From assembly GCA_947168155.1 (NCBI GenBank), contig CAMVKW010000006.1, forward strand, positions 10,313 to 74,312: a stretch of 64,000 bases of DNA, in the 5' to 3' direction. Within the stretch, counting starts at the first letter, position 1; each line of letters begins with the position of its first letter. Shown piece after piece: positions 49,033-57,815 of this stretch. The notes under the pieces were generated by a model. The model had not been told where the DNA came from. It did no database searches and saw only the letters and a list, made by a program, of their open reading frames with translations. The position numbers were made by a program, and so were the translations under genes. The stretch is from an uncultured Lachnospiraceae bacterium (GTDB taxonomy: Bacteria; Bacillota; Clostridia; Lachnospirales; Lachnospiraceae).

Positions 49033-49494
49033 TTATTTCCTAATCATCTCGCCATTAAGCTGTAAATCTGTATCTTGCCCCATAAAGAAATTAGCCTGTG
49101 TCCATTTTGATGAAGCGGTGAATTTATCATTTGTATTATTGTATTTTAAAGTGATTGTGCTAGGCGTAAAAGCTATATCGCTCATTTCAAATGGCTCTGA
49201 TAAGGTGATTGTTACTATAGCATCAACCATATTATCATCTTCAGGACCGGCGGTGAATGACCACTTAATATCCTGAGTTGTTTTTGAAAGCGTCAGTGTT
49301 CCAGTCATATCATCCTTAAGAGTGAAATAAAAGTCATCCTTAATAGGATCCTCCCCCATATCCCAGGATGAAGCTGTCCAATCACCTACATAATCTTCTT
49401 TTTTTGCTTCGTATTTTTCACCGCAACCTGTTATAAATAAACAGCTTAGAATAACTAAACATGTCATTGTTGCTAATAGTTTAAATCTTTTCAT
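49033..49494 (-). CDS. Small lipoprotein, lipocalin-like (GxW) paralogue A
   Basis: 153 aa with lipobox ITGC and the motif VGDWTASSW. It is clearly paralogous to the next gene. Confidence 0.8.
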   Translation of the reverse strand: MKRFKLLATMTCLVILSCLFITGCGEKYEAKKEDYVGDWTASSWDMGEDPIKDDFYFTLKDDMTGTLTLSKTTQDIKWSFTAGPEDDNMVDAIVTITLSEPFEMSDIAFTPSTITLKYNNTNDKFTASSKWTQANFFMGQDTDLQLNGEMIRK

Positions 49495-49517
49495 ATGTGT
49501 AACTCCCCATATAATTA

Positions 49518-49985
49518 TTATTTTCGATCTAATGTTCCTGTTGTGTTGAATCTTGCTTCGCCTAAATCAGTCTGCTGTTTCCAATCTGTATCAAATGTAA
49601 AGTTTTTGTTTGTTTCATCGTACTTAAGATAGAAAGTTTTATTAGTCTCAATAGTAAGTGTACCAGTTGTTATATTTTCTGCTAATGTGAGTTTTGCTCT
49701 TGGTGGAATTGCAGGTGGAGTACCATCTTCATCGGTATACCAACCTGAGGTTTCCCATGTTATATCCTGACTTTTTTCACCTACGGTGAGTTTGCCAGTA
49801 TAGTCTTCATTTAGAACGAGTGTCATTTTGTCATCCCAAGGTTTATCTCCTACGTTCCATTCAGTAGTTTCCCATGTACCTGCAAAATCTTCTGGCTTTA
49901 TATTTCGTTCATCCTCACCACATCCGGCAAATACACCCAGACATAGTATAATTAAAACGGCTAAAATAGTAACTTTTTTAATCAT
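49518..49985 (-). CDS. Small lipoprotein, lipocalin-like (GxW) paralogue B
   Basis: Lipobox FAGC and motif AGTWETTEW. I chose the start at the second ATG (49985) because the first ATG lies inside the SD GGAGG. Confidence 0.78.
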   Translation of the reverse strand: MIKKVTILAVLIILCLGVFAGCGEDERNIKPEDFAGTWETTEWNVGDKPWDDKMTLVLNEDYTGKLTVGEKSQDITWETSGWYTDEDGTPPAIPPRAKLTLAENITTGTLTIETNKTFYLKYDETNKNFTFDTDWKQQTDLGEARFNTTGTLDRK

Positions 49986-51069
49986 TGATACCTCCATTTG
50001 TTTCTAAAATATCTACATTAACTCTATATGGAAGCTTGTTTTCTAATGAATAGCTCATCCTTTCAGGAACACCATTAAAAGAACAAGTTGTTCCTTCTGC
50101 GTTTTCAACTAAATAGCTCGCAGAACTACAATATGGCATATTCCTTGCTGTAATATCAGTAAACTCGGTATTTATAAATACATTTCCCTCTGTTGATCTG
50201 AGTTTTTCAAATGCTTCATCACTGAATGTGAGTTTTAGTTTATTATCATCCGGCGCGGAACCTTTAGTAAATTCAAAATCCAAAATCTGATCTTCGGTAA
50301 TTACAATGTTACCAGCTTCATCAATAATGCTTATTTTTCCGCTAGTATAGAACTGGTCATAGTTATATTCAGTAAGCATGTTTGAATTGCTTGTGCATTT
50401 AATCTTTCCATTTTCAGACTCGCATTTTAACTCGATTGGTATATTACCGCTGTCATCATTTTTATTCCATAGATCGGCTCTTTTTTCTAAAATAGAAATA
50501 ATATCTTTATAATCAGATTCGCTTATTTCGCCCTCTTCTGCTGATATTTCTACAATCATTCTGTTAGAAATAGATGTTTTATAAGCATCATAAACTAAGA
50601 AAATAATTAATATAGAAAAGATTACAGCTGTGATGATTGAAACAACCTTTAATACTTTCTTCTTATCTATTGGTTTTTTAATAACCTGTTCAGGTGTTTC
50701 ATCTGGTATTACGCCCCATGCAGCAACTGATTTATTCCTGTTATCCAGAGTTTCTTTAAGCAGTTCTGGTGTTAAACCAATTCTTTCAGCAGCGGCCTTA
50801 TAACCTTTTTGTGAAATCTTTGCAACAAGAACAATACATAAAGGCATGGCAAGAATCATTAATAAAGCAAGTACATATCCAATTACTCCGCCAATTACTC
50901 TAACAAAGATAATGGATAGAATAAATAAACCGATTTCTGAACCTAAATACAAAATCAATGCCAAATAAGCAAATTTACTTAGTTCGGAATTTAATTCGCG
51001 CAAGGATTCCTCAGTATAATTCTGACCATTAGGAATATGTTGCGGTACTATTTTCTTTCCTTTTTTCAT
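49978..51069 (-). CDS. Membrane protein, three predicted TM helices and a C-terminal extracytoplasmic domain
   Basis: 363 aa. Hydrophobic segments lie at about aa 33-55, 58-85 and 140-160. I recognise no motif. Confidence 0.75.
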   Translation of the reverse strand: MKKGKKIVPQHIPNGQNYTEESLRELNSELSKFAYLALILYLGSEIGLFILSIIFVRVIGGVIGYVLALLMILAMPLCIVLVAKISQKGYKAAAERIGLTPELLKETLDNRNKSVAAWGVIPDETPEQVIKKPIDKKKVLKVVSIITAVIFSILIIFLVYDAYKTSISNRMIVEISAEEGEISESDYKDIISILEKRADLWNKNDDSGNIPIELKCESENGKIKCTSNSNMLTEYNYDQFYTSGKISIIDEAGNIVITEDQILDFEFTKGSAPDDNKLKLTFSDEAFEKLRSTEGNVFINTEFTDITARNMPYCSSASYLVENAEGTTCSFNGVPERMSYSLENKLPYRVNVDILETNGGIND

Positions 51070-51085
51070 ATAATTACCTCGAAAA

Positions 51086-51400
51086 TCAGATGGCTTTATT
51101 CTTCTTTAGTTCTTTGTATTTTGAAATCGCCTCATTTAATAGTGGTGCCAGATCTGGCTCTATCTTTGTAAAACATCCAGCTGAATATATAACACCTCTA
51201 AGATCCTTTTCTGTATATTCTTTGTTTGGATCACTTGCAAAATCTATAAGAGATTTAGCGAAATCGTTATATTTTATTCCGTATTCTCCACCTTTAAATT
51301 TGTTTCCAACTACATCATTTACCTTTTGAAATAACTCTTCAGAAAACAGTTCTGAAGCCTTAATTTTAGGCATATCCTTCTTGCTACCAAATAATCCCAT
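51086..51400 (-). CDS. Hypothetical small soluble protein
   Basis: 104 aa with a good SD (GGAGGG). It starts 20 nt after the stop of the GGDEF-EAL gene. Confidence 0.6.
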   Translation of the reverse strand: MGLFGSKKDMPKIKASELFSEELFQKVNDVVGNKFKGGEYGIKYNDFAKSLIDFASDPNKEYTEKDLRGVIYSAGCFTKIEPDLAPLLNEAISKYKELKKNKAI

Positions 51401-51420
51401 ATGTTTGTCCCTCCATTTTT

Positions 51421-54400
51421 TTATAAATTATTCTTAGATATTCCCAGCATTACTATGACATATGCCGCCATCTTATTCACAGGATTATCCATCAGTTTAC
51501 GTGTCATGGTATGAAGTATTGCCCCATCCTCCAGCTTCTCATCAGAGAAGACAAACTGTCCGTCTTCTTTACACATTTTGACAGAATTATGAAAAGCAGT
51601 TCCAATCTCGTCTTTGATATCTGATACATTAACTGTCTGCCCCACCTGGATATGACCGGGATGTGATTCTACAAACTCACGATAAGCCTGATTACCTCTT
51701 ACTACCTTCGCAACGTTTCCGTCATATTCTACTACGAACATAGGCTGTGTATTAAAATACTGGTCGCTCAAGGTTTCATTATCGTCGAAATTTGCTCCGA
51801 GATTAGAGAGATTTATGTTGCTTACCATTCTGTTATAGCTGATCTCCGCAGGATCCTCAAATCCTATCTGCACTCCCTTGTCATACCTATCCAGTATCTT
51901 CGACATAGGAATCGGTTTGCAGAAATAGTAGCCCTGAACCTTTGTACAGCCTATTCCACCAAGAAACTCAAACTGCTGTGCAGTTTCAACACCCTCTGCC
52001 ACGGTTTCCGTGTCCAGGCTGGCAGCCATCCTCATAAGCTCGGTAAGAATGATTCTCGACTCAGGCTTCTCGTTGAACTTCCTCATAAAACGCATATCGA
52101 ACTTGATAAGATCAAAATGTATCTCCTGCAGAAGATCCAGGGATGAATATCCGCTTCCGAAATCATCCATCCAAACCTTAAAGCCCAGCTGCTGAAAACG
52201 TTCAATCTGTTCCTTCATAAATTCAAAATTCTCACCTATGATACTTTCCGTAATCTCTATGGTAAGAAGACATCTTGGAAGTCCGGCTGCGTCCACACGA
52301 TTGCATATCTCTTCTACTATGTCACATACCTCAAAGTCTGCTCTCGAGAGGTTTACCGACTGAGGAACAAGATGCAGTCCGGCACGTTTCTGGTTCTTCA
52401 GCTTTTCCAGAATGATATCCACCATCCTGAGATCAACCTTATAGATAAGCTTGCTTTCCTCAAGGATTGGAATAAATTCTGCCGGTGACAGCATTCCCAT
52501 TTCAGGATCTATCCACCTGGCCAGAGCCTCCTCATCACAGACCTTGCTGTTAATGACACGGACGATAGGCTGATAGTACGCTGTTATCCAGTTTTCATCT
52601 ATGGCACGGTCCAGATTGTTTATGACATACTGTCTTCTGACTTCCTTTTCCAGCATATCATTATCAAAATAGTTGAAGTAAGAGCTGTTATCATCCCTGT
52701 TCATATCGCAGGCATATTTTGCTCTGTCACAGGCCAGAGAACTTTCCACTATACCCATGGAATCCGGATATATTCCAGCTCTGACATTAAGGGTTTTTCC
52801 GTGATTTGCCCTCTTCATTTCCTTGAAAACATTTTTGATTTTTTTCTCAAGGCCTTCCATCTCTGCGAAAACCGCAAAATGATCCTGTCCGAAACGGCTG
52901 CTTCTGTCGGCTCCAAACTGGGACTCCAGAATATTACCCATACATTTGATCAGCACATTTCCTTCATTGAAACCATATTTTTTATCAAAGAATCTCAATC
53001 CACTGAGATTCAGAAATACTACGGCGGATTCTACCCCATTTTCATGCATGATCCTTCGGTCACGCTCGGCAATCCTGAAAAAGCTGCTCATGGTCAGAAG
53101 ACCCGTCAGATAATCTCTATCTATGTCCAAAAGCTCAGCCAGGTCTGTCTCAACATTTGCCGCTTTTTTTATATCCGTAAGACCTAATCTCTTAGAAACC
53201 AGCTCCTTCGGATTACTCTCATAGAAATGCCACTTGTCCTCATACATCCGCTTATCCGCTATACGAAGAGCCATGCGAATATCGCTGGACCTCTTCTCGA
53301 AGCATTCACCGATGGCAAAGAACAGGTTATTATACTCCTTACTGTACTCCCGGATTTTTTCCACCCGATTGTGAAGCTCCTCTTCGGAAACATCCAGCGC
53401 GATAACAGTAAACTCATCGCCTCCTGCACGGAATATCTCCCTCTCATCAAAAACTCTCCGAAGTACTTCCGCTGCATTTTTCAGAAGATGGTCTCCTGCC
53501 AGATGTCCCTGAGAATCATTTACCAGCTTAAGTCCGTTCATATCAATAAAAAGAACTGCCACAGAGGAATCCATATGTTTTTCTCCACTGCTAAGCATTT
53601 CCACATAATTATTCATTTCATTACGGTTCATGACTCCCGTCAGCATATCCTTGGAACTGAGGAGTCTGAGCCTGTCCAGAAGCATATAGTTACCCAGCTC
53701 TGAACCCAGGATAAATGTGGTCACCTCCAGAGTTTGCTTTATCAGAACACTTCTGGATGCATCGAAATTGATGGCCCACATGAAGCCCAGCAGCTTATTT
53801 CTGGATTTAAGCGGGAAGAGAACTATATTGTGCGCACCGGCACTTGTGAGAGACTCATACCAGATAGGATTCCGCTCTTTTATGAGCAGCATATCATGCT
53901 CATCCTTTGCGATGAGACAGTTGCTGCCTGCAATGGTAGATATCCAGGATTCCGCTATATCGTAGAAATCCTTATTTACATAGGTATCCATAGGAAGAAG
54001 CTTCGTTCCCTCAGAAAGCGCTTCTCCCAGTACATAACATGATCTGTCCATTTCATCCATTACCAGGATACAACAATGTTCGGCAGCACACATATCTCCG
54101 ATTCCTTTGATTATATCCTTCATGGTAGCTATGAAATCGTTTGTTCCGCTGAGTCTGATACATGTATTCAGAACAGAGGATGCTATATCACCTGATATAT
54201 TAGTCATAGGTTCAGAGTCGAATCCCTCACCAAATTCCATAATATAGAGACAATATCCAAGTTCCTCAGTATCTCCATTCAGCGGCATAAACATCATGTT
54301 AAACCATACGCCCGTGGCATCCAGATACACGTAGGAGTGCAGACACTTCTTCTCCACAGCCGCACGATAACAATAGTCCTCAAAATTCAGATTTCTCTCC

Positions 54401-54600
54401 AAAAAAGTGGTGTAATCCGAATTCGGAACAAACTTATCAAACTGTATATCCATATTCGGTGTTGGATGCTCTACTGAATCAATATATGCGTCATTTCCCG
54501 TAACGATCCTGAAGGTTCTTTTATCACCATCAAGTTTTTTTTCAACGGAAACAACACATGCCGTCGATGTAAACGCATTTACGATTGTTTTAAAATCCAT
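51421..54600 (-). CDS. Multidomain c-di-GMP turnover protein: sensor-like N-domain, GAF, GGDEF, degenerate GGDEF, EAL, sensor-like C-domain
   Basis: 1059 aa. GGDEF-1 is intact (RAGGDEF) and GGDEF-2 is degenerate (RFGQDHF). The EAL domain carries EALAR, EITES, DDFGSGYSSL, EGVET and QGYYFCKP. Confidence 0.9.
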   Translation of the reverse strand: MDFKTIVNAFTSTACVVSVEKKLDGDKRTFRIVTGNDAYIDSVEHPTPNMDIQFDKFVPNSDYTTFLERNLNFEDYCYRAAVEKKCLHSYVYLDATGVWFNMMFMPLNGDTEELGYCLYIMEFGEGFDSEPMTNISGDIASSVLNTCIRLSGTNDFIATMKDIIKGIGDMCAAEHCCILVMDEMDRSCYVLGEALSEGTKLLPMDTYVNKDFYDIAESWISTIAGSNCLIAKDEHDMLLIKERNPIWYESLTSAGAHNIVLFPLKSRNKLLGFMWAINFDASRSVLIKQTLEVTTFILGSELGNYMLLDRLRLLSSKDMLTGVMNRNEMNNYVEMLSSGEKHMDSSVAVLFIDMNGLKLVNDSQGHLAGDHLLKNAAEVLRRVFDEREIFRAGGDEFTVIALDVSEEELHNRVEKIREYSKEYNNLFFAIGECFEKRSSDIRMALRIADKRMYEDKWHFYESNPKELVSKRLGLTDIKKAANVETDLAELLDIDRDYLTGLLTMSSFFRIAERDRRIMHENGVESAVVFLNLSGLRFFDKKYGFNEGNVLIKCMGNILESQFGADRSSRFGQDHFAVFAEMEGLEKKIKNVFKEMKRANHGKTLNVRAGIYPDSMGIVESSLACDRAKYACDMNRDDNSSYFNYFDNDMLEKEVRRQYVINNLDRAIDENWITAYYQPIVRVINSKVCDEEALARWIDPEMGMLSPAEFIPILEESKLIYKVDLRMVDIILEKLKNQKRAGLHLVPQSVNLSRADFEVCDIVEEICNRVDAAGLPRCLLTIEITESIIGENFEFMKEQIERFQQLGFKVWMDDFGSGYSSLDLLQEIHFDLIKFDMRFMRKFNEKPESRIILTELMRMAASLDTETVAEGVETAQQFEFLGGIGCTKVQGYYFCKPIPMSKILDRYDKGVQIGFEDPAEISYNRMVSNINLSNLGANFDDNETLSDQYFNTQPMFVVEYDGNVAKVVRGNQAYREFVESHPGHIQVGQTVNVSDIKDEIGTAFHNSVKMCKEDGQFVFSDEKLEDGAILHTMTRKLMDNPVNKMAAYVIVMLGISKNNL

Positions 54601-54637
54601 ATTACCCTTCCTTTGATTCTAAAAAATAAGACTACAT

Positions 54638-55444
54638 CTATATCAGATAAATTCCGTATTCTTTCATTTTTATTAATTCATCTTCTTTGATGGTTATATT
54701 ATGAGTGATTGTCTGAGATTTTCTGAAGAAATAATTTTTTGTGCAATTGATGTCATTACCATCTTTTTCAAATGTATACTCAATAAAGTTTGGATTATAT
54801 ATTCTGTCTGGCATCATCGAAAACGCGAATTGGCTAATCTTTGCTGGAAGATCTGAAGAAAAATCCTTATATTGATCTATACAGCTTAATACTCCATCAG
54901 TATATTCATAGTATTCTGCATCAACCTTAAAACCGCCTGAGAAAAAACTATCATCCTTGAATAGTTCAACGCTTATAAGTCTTCCTTCTTCATCGTATTC
55001 GCTCCATTCAAATTCATTCCAGTTTTTAAATATCTTTCCTTTATCATCAATTTTAAGCATACAATCAATCCTTAGGTTATCTGATACAAAGAAAGATACA
55101 TATTTTGCATTTTTTGCATTGAAAAATGTTTCGGAAATGAAGCCGGCAGTTCCTAAATCAAGAATCATATGATGGAGCTTACCTTCTTTATCAAAAACAA
55201 GTTCGTGATATTCCTCAGGATTTCCGTTCTTAGGAATACTCTTTCGTGGCTGCTTGTAAAGAATTTTACCTTTGTCTATATGAGGTGTTATAAACATACT
55301 AAAGTTATTATCAAGCTCTATATTATCTTTTGAATATAGAGTTGCTCCTCTTTCTATATCTATATCGGCCTCATAAGGTTCCACATATTCTTTTTTTATT
55401 CTTTCGAATTTTTCTCTTATTTTATCCTCATAAAATTTAATCAT
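54638..55444 (-). CDS. Hypothetical protein with YwqK/MORN-variant-like or YD-like beta-hairpin repeats
   Basis: The ORF is open to 55486, which would overlap the upstream gene by 23 nt. ATG 55444 gives 268 aa. Repeats are FDKEGKLHH, IDDKGKIFKN, YDEEGRLISV and YTDGVLSCI. Confidence 0.55.
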   Translation of the reverse strand: MIKFYEDKIREKFERIKKEYVEPYEADIDIERGATLYSKDNIELDNNFSMFITPHIDKGKILYKQPRKSIPKNGNPEEYHELVFDKEGKLHHMILDLGTAGFISETFFNAKNAKYVSFFVSDNLRIDCMLKIDDKGKIFKNWNEFEWSEYDEEGRLISVELFKDDSFFSGGFKVDAEYYEYTDGVLSCIDQYKDFSSDLPAKISQFAFSMMPDRIYNPNFIEYTFEKDGNDINCTKNYFFRKSQTITHNITIKEDELIKMKEYGIYLI

Positions 55445-55463
55445 CTTATTTATACCTTTATAG

Positions 55464-56351
55464 TTAACAATTCCCTGTATATACAAAGTCCAGCTTTTCT
55501 CTGGCTATATCAGCAAGTTCATATACTCTCCTGACATCCGTGGCCGCCCTGTCAGTCATCTTGAATGTTGGGAAGAATCTGGATATATGAAGAGGGATTT
55601 GTTTACCGATTACATTTCCGTCTTTATCTTTAAGTCCTGCTATCCATTTACTTATCTCGCGCATCTCATCATAACTATCATTCTCCCCAGGAATAATAAG
55701 TGTTGTTAGCTCAACGTGAGAATCTCGGACAGCTCTTTCAATGAAATCCATTACCATCTTCCTATTGCCGCCCAAAAGTCTGCTGTAATAGTCGTCGGTA
55801 AAACCCTTTAAGTCTATATTCATTGCATCAATATAGGGCAGAATTTCCTCTAAAACAGCTATTTCAGCAGTTCCATTAGACACGAGAACATTCTTCATAC
55901 CTTCTGACTTAATCAGTCTTGCGGTATCACGAATGAATTCATAACCTATCATTGGTTCATTATAAGTAAATGCAATACCAATATTCCCCTCATCTTTATA
56001 GCTTTTAGCAATATAAACAAGCTCTTCTGGGGAGATGTATTCCAGACCTTTTTCGTCCATGTTATCAATATCAAGTTTTGCAAAGGATTTGGCCATTTCA
56101 GACCAGGATATGTCATAGTTCTGACAGAATGGGCAACGTAGATTACAACCATAACTGCCTACTGAAAGAATTTTACTTCCAGGACAAAACCTAGAAAGTG
56201 GTTTTTTCTCAATAGGATCAAGAGCAAGCGCTGTAATCTTGCCATAATTAGACGCGGTGACAATGCCATCTTTACAGATTCTTGCACCGCAGAAACCGAT
56301 TTCACCTTCAGTAATTTCGCAATGTCTAAAACAGACTTTACATTTAGCCAT
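55464..56351 (-). CDS. Radical SAM protein (PflA / AmmeMemoRadiSam-type activase-like)
   Basis: 295 aa with an N-terminal Cys cluster (CKVCFRHC...FCG), DPIEKKPL, and the radical SAM motif CNLRCPFCQN. Confidence 0.82.
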   Translation of the reverse strand: MAKCKVCFRHCEITEGEIGFCGARICKDGIVTASNYGKITALALDPIEKKPLSRFCPGSKILSVGSYGCNLRCPFCQNYDISWSEMAKSFAKLDIDNMDEKGLEYISPEELVYIAKSYKDEGNIGIAFTYNEPMIGYEFIRDTARLIKSEGMKNVLVSNGTAEIAVLEEILPYIDAMNIDLKGFTDDYYSRLLGGNRKMVMDFIERAVRDSHVELTTLIIPGENDSYDEMREISKWIAGLKDKDGNVIGKQIPLHISRFFPTFKMTDRAATDVRRVYELADIAREKLDFVYTGNC

Positions 56352-56371
56352 ATTAATTACCTATTGGCTGA

Positions 56372-57271
56372 CTAAAGCCCCAATTTATGGTTCAAAGCAT
56401 TTAGTACTTTCTTCTTATCTTTACTCCATTCAGGAGCTATAAGTGTACGCTTTGGACCATCCCCTGTTAACCTATGTATTATTATATCATCAGGTAGTAT
56501 ATCAAGGCAATCACTTACTAGATTAATATATTCTTCCTGAGTCATACACTCAAAAAGTCCCTGTTCATAATCCTTGGCAAGGTCAGTATCCTTTAATACA
56601 TGAAGAAGCTGCAACTTAATCCCCTGTACGCCGCTTTCTCCTACGTATTTTACTGTTTCCAGCATATCTTCTTTTGATTCACCTGGTAGTCCAAGGATTA
56701 CATGAGTAATAAATTCTATATTACGAGATAATAAATCCTGAACCGACTTGTCATAGACTGATAAAGGATAACCTCTTCTAATATAATTAGCTGTTTTCTG
56801 GTGTATAGTCTGAAGCCCAAGCTCAATCCAAATTGGCTTTATATGATTTAATTCCTCTAGTAGATCGAGGACCTCGTCAGGAAGGCAATCTGGCCTTGTT
56901 CCTATAGAGACGGCTACAATGTCAGGATGATTAATTGCTTCAGTATAAAGGGCTCTCAGCCGTTCTACAGGGCCATATGTGTTGGTAAAAGCCTGAAAGT
57001 ATGCAATATATTTATTAGTATCTATATTACTTTCTTTATTCTTGGGCATCTTGGCTACTACTCTTCTTTTACCATTTTCAATTTGCTGAGTTATAGAAAG
57101 ATTCCTATCCTCAGCAAAATCACCCGATCCACCTGCAGAACAAAAAATACACCCTTTCGATCCAAGGGTGCCATCTCTATTCGGACAAGTAAAACCGCCA
57201 TCTAGCGCCAGCTTATAAACCTTCTGCCCAAACCTCTCTCTTAAATACTTGTTTAACGTCTTCTGCTTCAT
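56372..57271 (-). CDS. TIGR01212-family radical SAM protein (YhcC-like)
   Basis: 299 aa with the N-terminal motif FTCPNRDGTLGSKGCIFCS. Confidence 0.85.
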   Translation of the reverse strand: MKQKTLNKYLRERFGQKVYKLALDGGFTCPNRDGTLGSKGCIFCSAGGSGDFAEDRNLSITQQIENGKRRVVAKMPKNKESNIDTNKYIAYFQAFTNTYGPVERLRALYTEAINHPDIVAVSIGTRPDCLPDEVLDLLEELNHIKPIWIELGLQTIHQKTANYIRRGYPLSVYDKSVQDLLSRNIEFITHVILGLPGESKEDMLETVKYVGESGVQGIKLQLLHVLKDTDLAKDYEQGLFECMTQEEYINLVSDCLDILPDDIIIHRLTGDGPKRTLIAPEWSKDKKKVLNALNHKLGL

Positions 57272-57287
57272 ATCTCTCCGAATATGA

Positions 57288-57815
57288 TTATCTCTTTTTA
57301 CGCGCGAACATTATGTCCATATCCTCATCCTTGTACTTAAATAAAAATAACGCAAGAACAACGAACATACATACAGTTACACATATATCTGCAAAGTTAA
57401 ATATTGGAAAATTGATGAATTTAGCTTCAATAAAGTCAATTACGAATCCAAGGCGGATTCTGTCGATCATATTTCCAATTGCACCACCAAGAATAAAAAG
57501 AATACATATCTTAAGCTCAATGTATTTTTTCTCAAATATAATATTCTTATATACATATAACAAAGCAATAATAAGAATAATGGATATTACTAAAAGAAGT
57601 ATTGTTTTACCAGAGAAAGAGCCCCAGGCAGCACCACTATTTTTTATATATCTTAGTGAAAACACTCCATCAATGACCTTTTTTTCGTCCTTGTATGGAA
57701 CCATATTCTTAACAATCCAGAATTTACTTAACTGGTCAATCACAACTAAAATTGCAACTACAATTAATGAAATTATTACATTTAAAGCTTTTCTCATAAT
57801 TAAGTCCTTATGCAT
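57288..57815 (-). CDS. lspA: Lipoprotein signal peptidase II
   Basis: A four-TM protein with the motifs NSGAAWG and FNFAD. An alternative start lies at 57797. Confidence 0.92.
   Translation of the reverse strand: MHKDLIMRKALNVIISLIVVAILVVIDQLSKFWIVKNMVPYKDEKKVIDGVFSLRYIKNSGAAWGSFSGKTILLLVISIILIIALLYVYKNIIFEKKYIELKICILFILGGAIGNMIDRIRLGFVIDFIEAKFINFPIFNFADICVTVCMFVVLALFLFKYKDEDMDIMFARKKR

Noticed and set aside
51086-51400. The N-terminus MGLFGSKKD of the 104-aa protein resembles PspA/ESCRT-III-type N-termini (MGLF...).
   Set aside because: The similarity is limited to about 5 residues. The protein is far too short for a PspA/Vipp1/ESCRT-III fold and has no long amphipathic coiled coil.
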